From: Tubiluchus corallicola | Taxonomy: Eukaryota; Animalia; Priapulida | NCBI GenBank assembly: GCA_030141605.1 | Contig: JAQGDQ010002168.1 | Span: 1-12,090, forward strand | Direction: 5' to 3' | DNA: 12,090 nt | In this document: one piece after another, positions 9,744 through 12,090 of the stretch | How positions within the stretch are numbered: the first letter of the stretch is position 1 | How the letters are laid out: every line of letters starts with the position of its first letter | Translations under genes and position numbers: made by a program | The notes under the pieces: generated by a model | Databases searched by the model: none | What the model saw: the letters and a program-made list of their open reading frames with translations, nothing else | What the model was told of the DNA's origin: nothing

Positions 9744-10892
9744 CTGTGCCGGTAAATGTTATCAAAGTTTACGTAAATTTTGTGATTTAAAAATTGTATT
9801 AGAAGTTACTAAAATGAAATTTTCCAGATAATAATAAAATGAACTCATCAAAAAAAAATGACTATGATTCATTAAAAGAAAGGACAAGTGACTTAACATA
9901 CGTTGGATTTATTTTACTACTAATTAACTTTTGAATATAACAAAGAAATTTGCTCAAAAACTGTCCATAGAGCATAAAGTTGTTTTATACTGACACAGAA
10001 TTGAAATTTTTAGGCCCGTTGGTCGCAGCAATTCACTTAAAAATTGTGGCATACTTGCTGGGCCTTCGTGGCTCTTCGTAAACGCATCACGGCTGGCCGT
10101 AAGTGCGCGCTGCTCAAACTAATTCAAACTTATGCAGCTTGCATAACATTCTTGCAAAAATATCGCAAAATTAGCTTATCCAATTCCTTGCAAAAAGTTT
10201 TTCAGTCGATATATGACATCACTGGTGGAAGAATGGGCGTTCAAAATGGTACTATGTATTTTCTACTTTTAGCAGTAATCTTACTTTCTGTACATTGTCG
10301 ATATGTTTTACGATGTTTTTAATGGACATATAAGTCTCTTGACTTCAGCTCATAGATGTATTATAAACAAATAAATAAATAAATGAACAAACAAAATGGG
10401 AGCAGCCAACGGTGAAATGATCATGACTGTAAAATGATTTTTAATAACATGAGGCGCTTATCACACGTTTATGATTCAACCATTTTAAGAATTTTTGCAA
10501 ACATTTAAATAAACCTAACCTCGGTGATGTGTGATTAGTTTAAACATAATTTATTATAGGATTGGATCAGACAGTTTGAACAACATGATTTAGGATCTTC
10601 ACCACAACAGACTTTATACACTATTTACAAAAACATTTACAGTAAGAATAGACTATAACTACACAAGCTGACAAGTTTTACTACATGATTACATTAGACA
10701 TTAGTAAAAAATGACGGTTAGAAAATATTAAAGTACGAATATTTAAGACTGATGTATTCATATCAGATAGAAACTACTGGAAGCATTTAGTACGTAATAT
10801 AAAGTCATGTATACATTGGAATATTTTACAGTTAGCAACATTGTTAAATTCATCTTTTCCGAACAATAACAACTAATGTTAATCAGTCTTAC

Positions 10893-10937
10893 CACATTAG
10901 CTTGCTCCTTAATTTCGCTACCATACAGACCATAATC
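10893..10937 (-). CDS. PPRC1: Coding exon 2 (DYGLYGSEIKEQANV)
   Basis: T-rich tract plus TAG acceptor, 45 nt open, GTG|GTAAG donor, phase 0-0. Confidence 0.75.
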
Positions 10938-11302
10938 CTAGTTAAAACAAAAAAATGCACAGTTCCAAACTCAACGTATTATCAATAGTGTTCGTGAACA
11001 AATGTTTTATAACAAGGATAACAACGTCACATGTTTTGTAATAATTTAAAATTCTTGATTAACTTCATAACAAGTCCATGGTCCTTGGTGAAATAAGAAA
11101 ATGTTTCATTTTATTACAAACTTTCAAACTCCATGTAATGTAGAACATGCGTTTTATATTAAAGGAAAACCGGGCGATTGTTTAGATCCAATCTCATTTT
11201 AATTTACTGTCCAAAATATACATTTTCTTGCCTATAATTGTTTCTCATATTTGAATAATTAGCTTAGAAAGTTAATTAACGGCAACCGAACACAGGTATT
11301 GC

Positions 11303-11540
11303 TTACGTCAGAAACTAACCACAGTTTGTGCAATGGCAGGCGTCTTCCCTCGCGCGTCAAGCACATTTGGCATAAGTGTTATGGTACTGTTTAAACGCCT
11401 GATGTCACGAAAAATGAGCTTTACATCATATGACGTCAGAAACTAGCACAGCAGTTCATGATCATAGTTATCACGGCACCGCCTTCTATTTGTCGGTCAT
11501 GTGCATGTGACAAAAAGGCGCCATTGCCAATCTCGCGCGT
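11303..11540 (-). promoter_or_regulatory. CpG-rich CRE/ATF-site cluster in intron 1 (candidate alternative promoter or enhancer)
   Basis: TGACGTCA (11431-11438), TTACGTCA (11303-11310), TGATGTCA (11400-11407), TTACATCA (11421-11428), CCAAT near 11527. Locally GC/CpG-enriched. Confidence 0.45.
11307..11366 (-). CDS. Candidate alternative first coding exon (MCLTREGRRLPLHKLWLVSD)
   Basis: ATG at 11366, 20 open codons, GAC|GTAAGC donor in phase 0, so in frame with exon 2. Lies just downstream of a full CRE. Confidence 0.35.
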
Positions 11541-11932
11541 AGCTTTGAAAGTTTAACGAAATTTGAGTATCCGAGGCAATTATTATTTAAACTAAGTTTT
11601 GATTTTAAAAAAAGTTATTGTAGTTTTCAATATTTTAGAGCATTCTTTACTCTGAACTCGTGTTTACACAATCATCCAGTTTTCCTTTAAGAATAACACG
11701 ACGCCACATGTTTACGGTATAATAAACTTTAAAGTAATTAAAACATTAAGAGATGGAATGGGCAAGAATAAAACTAGCAATTTAATTTTTTAAACAGTAA
11801 TAGTTTTACAACTCAAATTGGTGCTTAGAAGCTCTTAGTAGCAGCAAAAATTTTAATTCTTAATTTTTAATGCTGTCACTAAGTATAATGAAAATATTAA
11901 ATATTAGTGAAACCACAAAGAATTCAGCTTAC

Positions 11933-12037
11933 CTGAAGACTAGCTGGCACAGAAAGCTGATCATCATACAGTCCTGACTTACTAGTCGCAATGCTATCAA
12001 GATAAAGACGAAGTGAATTATCGAAGATTTCCATCAT
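11933..12037 (-). CDS. PPRC1: Coding exon 1 of PGC-1/PPRC1-like gene (MMEIFDNSLRLYLDSIATSKSGLYDDQLSVPASLQ)
   Basis: ATGATG at 12037, preceded by an in-frame TAA and an acceptor TTTTCCTAG (12049-12057). 35 open codons end CAG|GTAAG, phase 0, matching the next exon. Confidence 0.75.
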
Positions 12038-12090
12038 CCAAGTTTATCCTAGGAAAACACAGCAATGAACTAACTCACAGTGCTACACAT

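Noticed and set aside
10013-10322. GC-richer patch and ORF 10044..10322
   Set aside because: No ATG start, no recognisable motif or convincing splice sites. Possibly an unclassified repeat fragment.

Overview
AT-rich eukaryotic (invertebrate-like animal) genomic DNA. Most of the window is the 5' part of an intron-rich minus-strand gene that the ORF track misses. Seven GT-AG exons (12037-11933, 10937-10893, 9743-9563, 6691-6626, 3755-3611, 1587-1505, 563-451) join with consistent phases into a 246-aa open frame that continues beyond position 1. It contains GIEATDISSLIDQFE and TSPGTPP, which I recognise from memory as PGC-1/PPRC1 coactivator-family motifs. The introns hold three copies of a TA/CAGT-ended MITE (one with an internally expanded 29-bp minisatellite), a 5'-truncated RTE-type LINE whose target-site duplication copies the exon-4 splice donor, hAT-like fragments, 61-bp and 60-bp minisatellites and a compound pentamer microsatellite. 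The two most notable signals are a compact heat-shock-type promoter (three HSE arrays plus TATA) inside intron 5, and a CRE-rich candidate alternative promoter and first exon in intron 1. No CRISPR, rRNA or tRNA is supported.
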